DNA of 64,000 nt from an uncultured delta proteobacterium (GCA_963775425.1 CAVZJB010000012.1:256001-320000), one strand, 5' to 3'; shown: positions 40,543-49,889, counted from the stretch's first letter. Numbers and translations are program-made. The notes: generated from the sequence alone by a model not told the origin.

Positions 40543-41444
40543 CGGCGGCGACGCTGTTGCCCACCGACGCCGCCGTCGCGCGCGCGGCGGTTGACGCGCG
40601 CGGGTTCCTGGTGCGGCTCGTGTCGCGCGACGCGTGGATCATCCCCGGGCGGCGGGACCCGCGTTGGGCGTTCGCGGGCTTCCATGCGCTCTACGTGGTC
40701 GCGGGCCACCTGCTGTTGAGCTTCAACCGCTCGCCGCAGCAGATCGGGGTCGCGCTCCTCGCCTGCATGGGCCTCGAGATCGTCTACACCTTCGTCGCCA
40801 CGCGCATGTTCATCGTGCCCCTGTCCGGGCTCATCTCCGGGCTCGGGCTCGGCCTGTTGTTCACGGCGCCTGGGAACGCCTGGCTCATGCTCCTCGTCGC
40901 GTGGCTCACCATCACGAGCAAGTACCTCGTGACCTGGCGGGGCCACCACGTGTTCAACCCCACCAACCTCGCGCTCGTGGTGATGCTCGCGTTCTCCGGC
41001 GGCACCGTCGCCGTCGCCCCAGCCTACCAGTGGGGCGGCTTCTGGCAGGTGCTCGTCGTCGTGTTCGTCTTCGGCCTGGTGGTCGCCTGGCAGGCGAGGA
41101 AGCTCCCGCTGGTCCTCGCGTTTTGGGCCACCTACTCGCTCGGTGCGCTCCTGCGGGCGCACCTCACGCACATGCCGGCGGAGATCACGCTCTACGCGCA
41201 GATCTCGGGCGGCGCGTTCTGGCTGTTCACGTTCTTCATGATCACGGATCCGAAGACCAGCCCGCCGTCGCTGCGCGGGATGATCGGCTACGGCGTCGCC
41301 GTCGGCCTCGTCGACATCTGGTTCCAACTGCACTTTGCCGTGTTCTCTCTGTTCTATGCGCTCTTCGCCGTGTGCGCCGCGCGCGCGCTGTGGATGATCG
41401 GCTCGGACGTCCTGCGCCGGGCCCGCTCGTCGACGCCGGTGTAG
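40539..41444 (+). CDS. UnbU/RnfD(NQR2)-like integral membrane protein
   Basis: DPR, SKYL...HVFNPTN, FFMITDPKTSP; GTGA-coupled to the UnbV-like gene. Confidence 0.8.
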   Translation: MTAATLLPTDAAVARAAVDARGFLVRLVSRDAWIIPGRRDPRWAFAGFHALYVVAGHLLLSFNRSPQQIGVALLACMGLEIVYTFVATRMFIVPLSGLISGLGLGLLFTAPGNAWLMLLVAWLTITSKYLVTWRGHHVFNPTNLALVVMLAFSGGTVAVAPAYQWGGFWQVLVVVFVFGLVVAWQARKLPLVLAFWATYSLGALLRAHLTHMPAEITLYAQISGGAFWLFTFFMITDPKTSPPSLRGMIGYGVAVGLVDIWFQLHFAVFSLFYALFAVCAARALWMIGSDVLRRARSSTPV

Positions 41445-41502
41445 AAACCGGGCGTGACCGGTAGCCATCGGCCGCGTGCTCGGCGGTCGAGCCCAGGGAC
41501 GA

Positions 41503-42183
41503 TCATCCCGTCAGCTCGTCGAAGAAGGTGCTGGCGAAGCCGATCTCGCCGCCGGCGGTCTTGTGGTGGCGGGCGTGCCGCGCGGCGATCGAGCGCGCGC
41601 CCCGGGCGACGCCGAGGTGCCCGAGCGTGTTCAACGCGAGGTGCACGACGGGGAACACCACGACGGTGAGCGCGTGCAGGGGCACGAAGAAGGCGGCCAC
41701 GGGCATCACGCTGCCGAGGAGCAAGCCCTCCACGGGATGCATCGCGTAGGTCGAAAACGGCGACGGCGTCTTCGTCCGGTGATGCACCGCGTGCACACGG
41801 CGATAGAGCCAGGGCGTGTGCAGGAGCGCGTGGACGGCGAAGAAGTGCACCTCGTTCCACACGAGCAGCCCCACGATCTCCACCGCAACGGCGCCCGGCG
41901 ACGACACGGTCACGATGTGGGCGAGCCCCGCGCGCGTCGCTGCGAGCAGGATGGGGGTCCACGCGGAGAAGGCGAGGATCGCCGGCACCGCGCACAGGGC
42001 TTCGCGCCGCCGCTGACCCGGGGCGCGCGCGCCGACGCGGACCGCGAGCCCCGCGCGCTCGAGGCCGCCGGCGACGGCCTCGCCGGCGAAGGCGAAGCTC
42101 GCGTAGATCGCCGCGAAGGCCGCGGCGGTGGCGGCGAAGGCGAGCGGGAGCGGAACGGTGTGGATGAGGTCGTCGAGGGGCAT
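41503..42183 (-). CDS. Fatty acid hydroxylase / sterol desaturase family membrane diiron enzyme
   Basis: HALLH, VHAVHH...PSPFSTYAMHPVE, NTLGH, HARHH. Confidence 0.88.
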   Translation of the reverse strand: MPLDDLIHTVPLPLAFAATAAAFAAIYASFAFAGEAVAGGLERAGLAVRVGARAPGQRRREALCAVPAILAFSAWTPILLAATRAGLAHIVTVSSPGAVAVEIVGLLVWNEVHFFAVHALLHTPWLYRRVHAVHHRTKTPSPFSTYAMHPVEGLLLGSVMPVAAFFVPLHALTVVVFPVVHLALNTLGHLGVARGARSIAARHARHHKTAGGEIGFASTFFDELTG

Positions 42184-42273
42184 GCGCCCGGTGATGTGCA
42201 GCACGCGTGCCCGCCCTGCGCACACCCGGGCCACACGACAACGGTTGGCACGGCGCTTCCAATCGAGTCCGGC

Positions 42274-42366
42274 ATGCACACGAAGAAGACCCTGGTCGCC
42301 GTCGTCGTCGGCGCCGCCTGTTTCGCGAAGCTCGCCCTCGGCCTGCTCCTGCTTGTGACGTCGTGA
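42274..42366 (+). CDS. Putative 30-aa hydrophobic peptide
   Basis: MHTKKTLVAVVVGAACFAKLALGLLLLVTS, ending 10 nt before the KS gene; GC3-rich codons. Confidence 0.4.
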   Translation: MHTKKTLVAVVVGAACFAKLALGLLLLVTS

Positions 42367-42376
42367 ACGAAGACCT

Positions 42377-44401
42377 ATGGAGGCAGCGATGAAGCCCGTG
42401 TACATCACCTCGGTCGGCGCCTTTCTTCCCAACGACCCGGTCGACAACGACGGCATGGAGCGGGTGCTCGGCCTCGTCGGCGGCAAGCCGAGCCGCTTGA
42501 AGGACCGCATCCTGAGGCAGAACGGGATCAAGTCGCGCCACTACGCCCTCGACCAGGACGGGCGCACCACGCACCTCAACGAAGAGCTCGCCGCCCACGC
42601 CGTCGTCGACGCGCTGACGCGCCGCGGCCTGCGCGCGGAGCACCTCGACATGCTCGCGTGCGGCACCACCATCGGCGACGTGCCGTTGCCCGGCTTCGCC
42701 TCGATGGTCCATGGGCGCCTCGCCACCGTCGCGCCGGAGACGCCGGCGATGGAGGTGGTGTCGACCATGGGCGTGTGCTGCGCGGGCATGGCCGCGTTCC
42801 TCGCCGCCTTCCGCGGCGTGCAGTCCGGCCAGCGCCGCCTCGCCGCGGCCACGGGCAGCGAGCTCGTGTCCCGCAACCTCAAGGGCAGCAAGTTCGAGGC
42901 GGAGGCCACGCTCGAGGACCATCGAGACATCGGCTACCGCGCGTTCGACGCGGACTTCTTGCGCTTCATGCTCTCCGACGGCGCCGGCGCCGTGCTCATG
43001 GAGAACAAGCCCGCGCCGGACGGTCTGTCGTTGCGCGTGGACTGGGTGGAGATGGTGTCGCACGCGCACGAGCGCCCCGTGTGCATGTACACGGGCATGC
43101 TCGACAAGGACCGGCCCAAGGCGGGCAACACCTGGCTCGACTTCCCCACCATCGGCGCCGCAGACAAGACCGGCATGATGAAGATCCGGCAGGACACCAA
43201 GCTCCTCCCCGAGATCGTGAAGCTCGGCGTCGAGGAGTACCTGCGGCTCGTAAAGAAGGAGCGCATCCGCACCGAGGAGATCAACCACGTGCTGTGCCAC
43301 TACAGCTCGCACTTCTTCAAGGGCGAGATCGTGAAGCTCCTCGAGCAGGCCGGCGTGATGATCCCCGAGGAGAAGTGGTTCACCAACCTCTACACGCGCG
43401 GCAACACCGGCGCCGCCTCCATCTACATCATGCTCGAGGAGGCGATGCGCACGGGGCGCTTCAACAAGGGCGACACGGTGCTGTTGATGGTGCCGGAGTC
43501 GGGGCGGTTCATGGTGAGCTTCGCCCGCCTGACGGTGGTCGACGCGGCGTCGGCCACCACCTCCCCCGCGCCCGACACGGACGCCGGCGGCGGCGTCGAG
43601 GGGGACGCGCGCGAGCGGCGGTGGAGCGCGGCCGCGGGCCAGGCGGTGTCCGCGGCGCGGTCGGCGGCGGCGCCGCGCGGCGACGTCGCAGACGCCATCG
43701 CGCGCTCGCCGCTGCCCGACGCGGCTCGCAGCGAAGACGCCGTGGAGCGGTACCTCGGGGTGGAGCTCGCGCTCGTGTGGGCGGACTTCGAGCGCATGCT
43801 GCGCGCGGTGCCGGTGGTGCGCCGGCTCGAGGATGGGGAGGCCACGGTCGAGGACTACCAGCGGCTCCTCGTGAACCTGCGGCAGCAGGTGATGGAGGGC
43901 GCTCGCTGGATCGCGCGAGCGGCGTCCAACGTGTCCATCGAGCTGTTCCCGCTGCGCTCGATGTTCATCGGCCACGCCGGAGACGAGCACAAGGACTACC
44001 AGATGCTCGAGCGCGACTACGTCGCCGTCGGCGGCGCCCTCGAGGACATCGTGTCGCAGCCGAAGAACATCGGCAGCGAGGCGCTGTCGGCGTTCATGTT
44101 CCACCAGGCGAGTCAGCCGGACCCGCTCGACCTCATCGGCGCGATGTTCGTCATCGAGGGGCTCGGCATGAAGAAGGCCGCGCGTTGGGCGGAGCTCCTT
44201 CACGAGCACCTCGGGCTCACGGCGAAGCAGACGAGCTTCCTTGGCTATCACGGCAAGAACGACGACGAACACTTCGGCAAGCTGCGCGAGGTGATCGGCT
44301 CCGGCTATCTCGACGACAAGACCGCGAAGCGCGTGGTGAAGACGGCCAAGACGGTCGCGCGCCTGTACGCGCTGCAGCTCGAGGAGATCGACCATGTCTG
44401 A
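42377..44401 (+). CDS. StlD/DarB-type ketosynthase III fused to a heme-oxygenase-like diiron oxidase (HDO) domain
   Basis: VYIT...FLPNDPV.N..ME..LG, GVCCAG (Cys), FLRFMLSDGAGA, CHYSS (His), GNTGAAS (Asn), VPESGRF; C-terminal E..WI..A, HAGDEHKD, MFVIEGLG, YHGKNDDEH. Confidence 0.88.
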   Translation: MEAAMKPVYITSVGAFLPNDPVDNDGMERVLGLVGGKPSRLKDRILRQNGIKSRHYALDQDGRTTHLNEELAAHAVVDALTRRGLRAEHLDMLACGTTIGDVPLPGFASMVHGRLATVAPETPAMEVVSTMGVCCAGMAAFLAAFRGVQSGQRRLAAATGSELVSRNLKGSKFEAEATLEDHRDIGYRAFDADFLRFMLSDGAGAVLMENKPAPDGLSLRVDWVEMVSHAHERPVCMYTGMLDKDRPKAGNTWLDFPTIGAADKTGMMKIRQDTKLLPEIVKLGVEEYLRLVKKERIRTEEINHVLCHYSSHFFKGEIVKLLEQAGVMIPEEKWFTNLYTRGNTGAASIYIMLEEAMRTGRFNKGDTVLLMVPESGRFMVSFARLTVVDAASATTSPAPDTDAGGGVEGDARERRWSAAAGQAVSAARSAAAPRGDVADAIARSPLPDAARSEDAVERYLGVELALVWADFERMLRAVPVVRRLEDGEATVEDYQRLLVNLRQQVMEGARWIARAASNVSIELFPLRSMFIGHAGDEHKDYQMLERDYVAVGGALEDIVSQPKNIGSEALSAFMFHQASQPDPLDLIGAMFVIEGLGMKKAARWAELLHEHLGLTAKQTSFLGYHGKNDDEHFGKLREVIGSGYLDDKTAKRVVKTAKTVARLYALQLEEIDHV

Positions 44402-45473
44402 CGCCGCGCGCGGTGCCTCGACGTGGCGCGGCGACGTGTCCCCCGGCGCCGCCGACCCGGCGTGGGCGTCGCCAAAGAGCGCGTCCCCACGGGGCGACGA
44501 GGGGCGCGCGGGCTCGTCCCCCGCCGAGCGTGCGCCGGGCCCCCCGGATGCCCGCGGCGCGGAGGGCGGGGCCCCGCACCACGTCTCGTCGAGAGCCGCG
44601 GCGACGGAGCGAGACCGGGGAAACCCCCGCATCGCCGACGTGCTCCTGTGGGACCCGACGCAGCCGGTGGCGCCCGAGGCGCGCGTGCTCGCGGCGCGGG
44701 ACCTCACGCGCTGGTCGCACCGCGCGCTCCTGCCGCTCGCCCGCGTGGCGTCGCTCGTGTGCGTCGCGCTCATCCGCGCCTTCAAGCGCGTGCTGCCGTT
44801 TCAGTTCTCGTGGCACACGGCCATCGACGTCCTGTGCGTGTGGTTCATGCGTCGCTTCATGAGCGCCGACGCCGCCGAGCTCCTGGCGCGCCACTTCGTC
44901 GTCGAGACCAACCTGCTCGCGTTCATCGCGAGGAACTGCCGGCCGGAGGAGGGCGCGCACGGCGCGGCCGTCCCCGTGCCCACGCTGCGGCCGCTCACGC
45001 TCGCCGAGCTCGGCAAGGACAACGCCGTCATCGCCCACGACCTCGCCGTCTACAACCTCGTCATCGACGTCGGCCAGGCCGGCGCATCGCTCGAGAAGCG
45101 CGAGCACCTCGACTTCTCCATGATCCACGTGCCGCCGCTCGACGGCGAGCGCGCCCGCAAGCGCGTCCTCGAGCTCGACATCGAGACCTCGCTCTACCTG
45201 ATGAACATCCCGTTTTGCCTGTTTTGCACGGAGAGCGAGTACGAGCGCGCCGTGAACAGCTTCCAGCTCGACGAGTCCGTGTGCGCCATGCTCGCGGGCC
45301 TCACCGGCGACGCCACGTTCCGCACGTGGACCCCGGTGAAGTTCCCGTCGTGGATCTCGGTGCGCCGCGAGGTGCCCAAGGAGCTCTTCTTTCACGCGTG
45401 CGTCTGCGAGTACGCCCACACGCACCTCGAGCGCATCGCGGCCCGAAGAGACGCCGAGCGCGCCGATGCGTGA
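44394..45473 (+). CDS. Hypothetical protein coupled to the KS-HDO gene
   Basis: 8-nt overlap with the upstream stop; structured core RHFVVETNLL.FI..N, HDL..YN, LDIET, RAVNSFQLDE, E..H. Confidence 0.75.
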   Translation: MSDAARGASTWRGDVSPGAADPAWASPKSASPRGDEGRAGSSPAERAPGPPDARGAEGGAPHHVSSRAAATERDRGNPRIADVLLWDPTQPVAPEARVLAARDLTRWSHRALLPLARVASLVCVALIRAFKRVLPFQFSWHTAIDVLCVWFMRRFMSADAAELLARHFVVETNLLAFIARNCRPEEGAHGAAVPVPTLRPLTLAELGKDNAVIAHDLAVYNLVIDVGQAGASLEKREHLDFSMIHVPPLDGERARKRVLELDIETSLYLMNIPFCLFCTESEYERAVNSFQLDESVCAMLAGLTGDATFRTWTPVKFPSWISVRREVPKELFFHACVCEYAHTHLERIAARRDAERADA

Positions 45474-46383
45474 GCTCACCCTCGCCCTCGCCACCACCGC
45501 GCTCACGCTCCTCACCGGGCTCGGCGTGGTCCTCGGCTACCACCGGCTGCTCACGCACCGCGCGGCGTGCTTTCACCCCGTCGTCGAAAAGGCGCTCGTG
45601 TTGTTCGGTCTGGCCACGGGGACGCCGGTGCAGTGGGTGGGCAACCACCGCTTTCACCACGCGCACGTCGACACCGCGCGCGATCCGCACTCGCCCAAGC
45701 ACCGCGGCTTCTGGATCGCGCACTGCGGTTGGTACCTCGGGCTCACGGAGAAGACGCCGGCGTCGACGGCGCTGTGCGTGCTCTACGCGCTCGCGGGCCC
45801 GCTGCGCCCGCTCTTCGACGCCTTCTGGCGCCCGCGCACGAACCAGGAGCACGTCGGCCTCGCCAACGACGTCGCCGCCGACCGCTTCTACGCGTGGCTG
45901 TCGCGACCGGGGCCGTACGCGTTGGTGCTCTTGTCGTGGGTGGCGCTGCTGTGGACCGTGTTCGTCGTCGTCTGGGGCGTGGCCGGCGCCGGGGCGCTCA
46001 TCGTGGTGCACTACCTCGCGTACGCGCTCGGCGACGGCATCAACTCGCTCGGCCACATGTGGGGCGAAAAGAGCGACGCCCAGGGCGCCCACGCCGGCGC
46101 GCGCGAGGGCGGAGCCGAGGCCGGCGAGAGCCGCGACAGCGCCCTGCTCGCGTTGTTGACGCTCGGGGACGGCTGGCACCGCGCGCACCACCGCTTCCCC
46201 GGCTCCATCCGCTGCGGGCTCGCGCCCGGCCAGCTCGACGTGGCGTACCTCGTGGCCAAGGCGTTCGAGGCCGTGGGGCTCGCCACCGGCCTGCGCGTCC
46301 CCGACGGCGCGGCCCCCGCGCCCGGCGCGTGCGCGCCGGCGCCGCCGGGGGGACACCACCCGCCCCGCGAGGCGACCCCGTGA
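45466..46383 (+). CDS. Delta-9-type membrane fatty acid desaturase
   Basis: GYHRLLTH, WVGNHRFHH..DT..DPHSP, INSLGH, GDGWHRAHHRFP. Confidence 0.92.
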   Translation: MRELTLALATTALTLLTGLGVVLGYHRLLTHRAACFHPVVEKALVLFGLATGTPVQWVGNHRFHHAHVDTARDPHSPKHRGFWIAHCGWYLGLTEKTPASTALCVLYALAGPLRPLFDAFWRPRTNQEHVGLANDVAADRFYAWLSRPGPYALVLLSWVALLWTVFVVVWGVAGAGALIVVHYLAYALGDGINSLGHMWGEKSDAQGAHAGAREGGAEAGESRDSALLALLTLGDGWHRAHHRFPGSIRCGLAPGQLDVAYLVAKAFEAVGLATGLRVPDGAAPAPGACAPAPPGGHHPPREATP

Positions 46384-47111
46384 GCGCGCCGGTCCCCGCG
46401 CTCGAGCGGGCGCTCGCGGCCACGCTCAAGCGAAACCGCGAGCGCCCCGTCGTGGACTTCGCGGCGTTCGACGCCGCGTGCATCCCGAACGAAGAGCGGG
46501 AGGCGCTCTCGTTCTTCGTCGTCAACCTCGCGTTCATCGAGCGCACGAGCACGCCCAACCTCGCCGCGCTCTCCCGCTGCGCGCCCGTCGCCGCCGTGCG
46601 CGATTGCTTCGCCGCGCAGATCCACGACGAGGAGGCCCACGGCGACATGCTCGTGTCCTGGCTCGCCGCCGCCGGCGTCGCCGGCGCCGCCCACCCGCTC
46701 ACGCGCGCCGGCATCAAGGCGGCGGAACTGGTGCAGCACCACGCCTGGCTCGGCATCAAGGGCGCGGAGATCTTGACGGAGCACTACGCCGCCGCCCTCA
46801 TCGACGCGCTCTTGCCGCGGCTCGACGAGCCCTGCCTGCGCCTGGTGCTCGAGGAGATCGCGAAGGATGAGCGGCGCCACAAGGTCATCGCCGTCGAGAG
46901 CGTGCGCGCGTTGCGCGAAGCCGGCGCACACCGCGGTCTGGTCGCGCGCCTCTTCGGTCCGGTCGTCGAGCGCGGGACGGTCCTCTACTTCCGCCGCGTG
47001 TTCGGCGGCTTCCTCGAGCGCCCGTGCGCGGCGCTCGCGTTGCCGCACCGGGAGATCCTCGAGCGCGCGCTCGACGAGGTCCACGACGCCCTGCGCGTCG
47101 CCGGCGCCTGA
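46380..47111 (+). CDS. Ferritin-like (four-helix carboxylate diiron) protein
   Basis: FIE...DEEAH...TEHYA...DERRH; GTGA-coupled. Confidence 0.8.
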   Translation: MSAPVPALERALAATLKRNRERPVVDFAAFDAACIPNEEREALSFFVVNLAFIERTSTPNLAALSRCAPVAAVRDCFAAQIHDEEAHGDMLVSWLAAAGVAGAAHPLTRAGIKAAELVQHHAWLGIKGAEILTEHYAAALIDALLPRLDEPCLRLVLEEIAKDERRHKVIAVESVRALREAGAHRGLVARLFGPVVERGTVLYFRRVFGGFLERPCAALALPHREILERALDEVHDALRVAGA

Positions 47112-47115
47112 ACAC

Positions 47116-47427
47116 ATGCTCGAGAAGAAGCCCCACCTCCTGCTCGTGGCGTTCCTCGCCGGTCTGGTCGCGCTCAACGCGTGGCGCCTGCAGGCGTGGG
47201 GCGTCGAGGGCCTCCGCGTCTACCTGACGCACCCGATCATGCAGACCACGCTGTACGACTTCGGATGCATCCTCGCGGTGCTCTGCGTCTTCATCCACCG
47301 GGACGCCAAGCAGCACGGCCTCACCTGGTGGTGGATCCTGCCTACCTTCCCGTTCATGCCCACGCTCGGCGTGCTCCTGTACTTCGTGGTCCGCCGCCGT
47401 GCGCTCCTCAAGCGACGCGCGACGTAG
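47116..47427 (+). CDS. Small 3-TM membrane protein
   Basis: Hydrophobic helices; TLYD, FIHRDAK..G, LG.LLYF..RRR. Confidence 0.7.
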   Translation: MLEKKPHLLLVAFLAGLVALNAWRLQAWGVEGLRVYLTHPIMQTTLYDFGCILAVLCVFIHRDAKQHGLTWWWILPTFPFMPTLGVLLYFVVRRRALLKRRAT

Positions 47428-48014
47428 CTCCCCACGCGCTGCGCCGCCTCCACTTCGCGTTCGCCAACGTGCGCCCCGACCTCCACGGCCGCCGCGTGCT
47501 GTTCGTCAACGTCGACGACCGCGCGACGCCCGAGCAGGATCCGAAGAGCTTCGCCGCCGACTTCGTCCGCCTCGTGGGCGTCGGCGGCCGCTTCCGCTCC
47601 ATCTACGCCGCCGACCTGCTGCCGAACCTCCAGGGCAAGGAGGCGCTCGGCCTGCGCACCGCGTGGCTCAACGGCGCCGGCGGCCGCAGCGACCTCGTCA
47701 TCGCCTCGCAGGCGAACGGCGGCACGGTCCTCGGCGTCGCGCACGAGTGCTGGGACGCGTCGGGGCTCCGCACGGCGTACCGCGACACCATCGCCGACAA
47801 CGACGCCACCGACCCCAACGAGGGCGACACCGCCCGCTGCTTCGCCCTCGACGACGACACCATGGGCGACGGCGGCATGGACAACGGGCGCGACACCGAC
47901 CCCGACCTCGACGCCCCCCTCGACGACGCCGGCGCCAACGACGTCTCCGACGACGACGCCGACGACGACTCCATCCCCGCCGCCGACGATGGCACCGACC
48001 CCGCGGCTCCCTGA
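47428..48014 (+). pseudogene. Apparent 3' remnant of a lipoprotein-like gene with an acidic tail
   Basis: Protein-like frame (…RTAWL.GAGGRSD…HECWDASG…) with GC3-rich codons that begins at the stop of the preceding gene without a clear start, RBS or signal peptide. Confidence 0.5.
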
Positions 48015-48026
48015 CCCGAGGCCTTC

Positions 48027-48605
48027 GTGACCAAGAGCGCCCCGCTCGCGTTCGTCGCCTGTGCGCTCGCCGCGACCCTGCTGGGTGCGGCGGGCGCGCG
48101 GGCGTTTCAGCGCGCGCGCTCGGTGGACGGCGCGGCGCTCGTGTGGCGCCCCGGGCCGGTGACGGTGAGCGCCGCGACGCTGCCGGCGAAGGAGCGGGCG
48201 GCGGTGAAGCGCGCGGTGGCGTCGTGGGCGAAGACGGGGTGCGCGCCGCTGTCGTTCGTTGACGCGGGCGGCGACATCGTGGTGAGGCGCGCGAAGCTCG
48301 CGGACGCCACCTTCGCCGCCCACACCGACGTGCACGTGCGGGACCCGCGCGCCGGCGTCGTCGACGGCGCCGTCGTCGCGCTCGACGCGTCGCGTGCGTT
48401 TTCCACCGGCGAGCTCGTGAGCAAGGGTGCGTTCGACCTCGAGAGCGTCGTGCTCCACGAGCTCGGCCACGCCCTCGGCCTCGCGCACCCGGTGACCCTC
48501 GTGCGCGACGCGGCCGCCGTGATGACCGCCGGCGCGAAGCCGGGCGCCGTCAAGCGCGCCCTCGGCGCCGACGACGTCCGCGGCGTCTGCGCCCTTCGGC
48601 GATGA
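48027..48605 (+). CDS. Secreted matrixin-like (M10) zinc metalloprotease
   Basis: Signal peptide; FDLESVVLHELGHALGLAH, Met-turn AVM, DDVRGVCAL. Confidence 0.88.
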   Translation: MTKSAPLAFVACALAATLLGAAGARAFQRARSVDGAALVWRPGPVTVSAATLPAKERAAVKRAVASWAKTGCAPLSFVDAGGDIVVRRAKLADATFAAHTDVHVRDPRAGVVDGAVVALDASRAFSTGELVSKGAFDLESVVLHELGHALGLAHPVTLVRDAAAVMTAGAKPGAVKRALGADDVRGVCALRR

Positions 48606-48707
48606 AGGGCCCGTCGACGAAGGCCCTCGCTGAAGGCCGGGACGTCGCGCGCCGGCGCCGGCCGGCCCGCGACATAGGGCGCCGGCTCGCCCGGTGCGTC
48701 GGGGCGG

Positions 48708-49880
48708 TCAGCGACAGGCGGCGCCCGGGTCGACGGTGTCGACGGGCGTGAGCGCCGGCGCGCCCGCGGTGGTGGTCACCGTGGCGACGGTCCAGAGGTC
48801 GCCGGCGGCGAGCGTTCGCGTGAAGTCCGTCGTCACGCCGTCGACGACGACGTGGATGACGGCGTCGCCGCCGGCGTCGGGGGCGGCCACGGCGACGAAG
48901 ACGTCACCGTCGACGGGGGCGGCGACGGCGGTGCCGCCGGCGGGGTCGAAGACGGGGTCGCCGTTGCCGCGGCCGGCGGCGCCGTCCCACTCGGGGGGCG
49001 TCGCGGCGGCGAGGCCGCAGCCGTCGACGTCGTAGCAGTCGAGCGGGCCGCAGGGGGCGTCACCCGCGGGGAACACGTGCGCCACGAAGCCCGCGAGGAA
49101 CGACGCGGTGTCGAGCGCGACCGACAGCCGCGGATCGAACACGACGTCGACGAACGCGTCGCAGGGGAACGCCTGGTTGTCGACGCCGGTGAGATCGATG
49201 TGGGCGACGCCGAGCGCCGCGTCGATGAGCGAGGGGGCGGGCGTGTCCGCGTCGATGAGCGTGCCGGGGCCGTCGACGGCCCAGATGAACGCGGCCATGG
49301 CGGTCCCCTCGGAGCTCGGCGTGCTCCCCGACGCGTCGAAGGCGACGGCGTCGGTGACGAACGCGTGCACCGGGAGCGGCGCGTCGTCGTTCGAGCTCGC
49401 CGTGCCCGCGTCGGCGCCGTCCCGGCTCACCCCTATCGAGCAGGTGGGCGGGGCCACCGCCTGCTCCGTGAGCGGGAACGAGAACGCGCCTTGCACCGTG
49501 TCCAGCGTGACCGATCCCGCGTGCGTCCCCGCGGCGGTCGGCGTGTCGCGCACGGTGAGGTCGACGTGATCGACGGCGCCGGGCAGCAGCGGGCGCACGG
49601 TGACCGACGCCTCGCCGAAGTCGGCCTCGGCGCCGGTGATGTCGGTGGGCGCGGTGCCGTGGTTGCGCAACGTCAGCGTGCAGCTCCCCTCGGTGCCGAG
49701 CACCACGAGGCCGAGATCGCAGCCGGGCTCGTCGGCCGCGAGGTGGGGCTCGGCCTCGCCTTCGCCCTCACCGGCGTCGCCCTCGCCCTCGCCCTCGCCG
49801 GGCGCGGCCGGGCAGCCGGCGGCGAGCGCGGCGAGCGCGGCGAGCGCGGCGAGGGTGACCAGGGTCGGGCAGGCGCGCAC
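48708..49880 (-). CDS. Lipoprotein with (EG)n linker and Ig-like/PKD-like domains
   Basis: LAAG|C, GEGEGEG; CDLGLV.LG...LRNHG similar to 34264-34986; FDASGS. Confidence 0.72.
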   Translation of the reverse strand: MRACPTLVTLAALAALAALAAGCPAAPGEGEGEGDAGEGEGEAEPHLAADEPGCDLGLVVLGTEGSCTLTLRNHGTAPTDITGAEADFGEASVTVRPLLPGAVDHVDLTVRDTPTAAGTHAGSVTLDTVQGAFSFPLTEQAVAPPTCSIGVSRDGADAGTASSNDDAPLPVHAFVTDAVAFDASGSTPSSEGTAMAAFIWAVDGPGTLIDADTPAPSLIDAALGVAHIDLTGVDNQAFPCDAFVDVVFDPRLSVALDTASFLAGFVAHVFPAGDAPCGPLDCYDVDGCGLAAATPPEWDGAAGRGNGDPVFDPAGGTAVAAPVDGDVFVAVAAPDAGGDAVIHVVVDGVTTDFTRTLAAGDLWTVATVTTTAGAPALTPVDTVDPGAACR

Positions 49881-49889
49881 GCCTCGAGT

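Noticed and set aside
38557-41444. UnbV/UnbU as evidence of an enediyne cluster
   Set aside because: No iterative PKSE, thioesterase or other enediyne core genes are present; the pair also occurs outside enediyne loci.
42377-44401. Canonical dialkylresorcinol (darABC) locus or housekeeping fabH
   Set aside because: No DarA or ACP nearby, and the HDO fusion and signature motifs differ from FabH.
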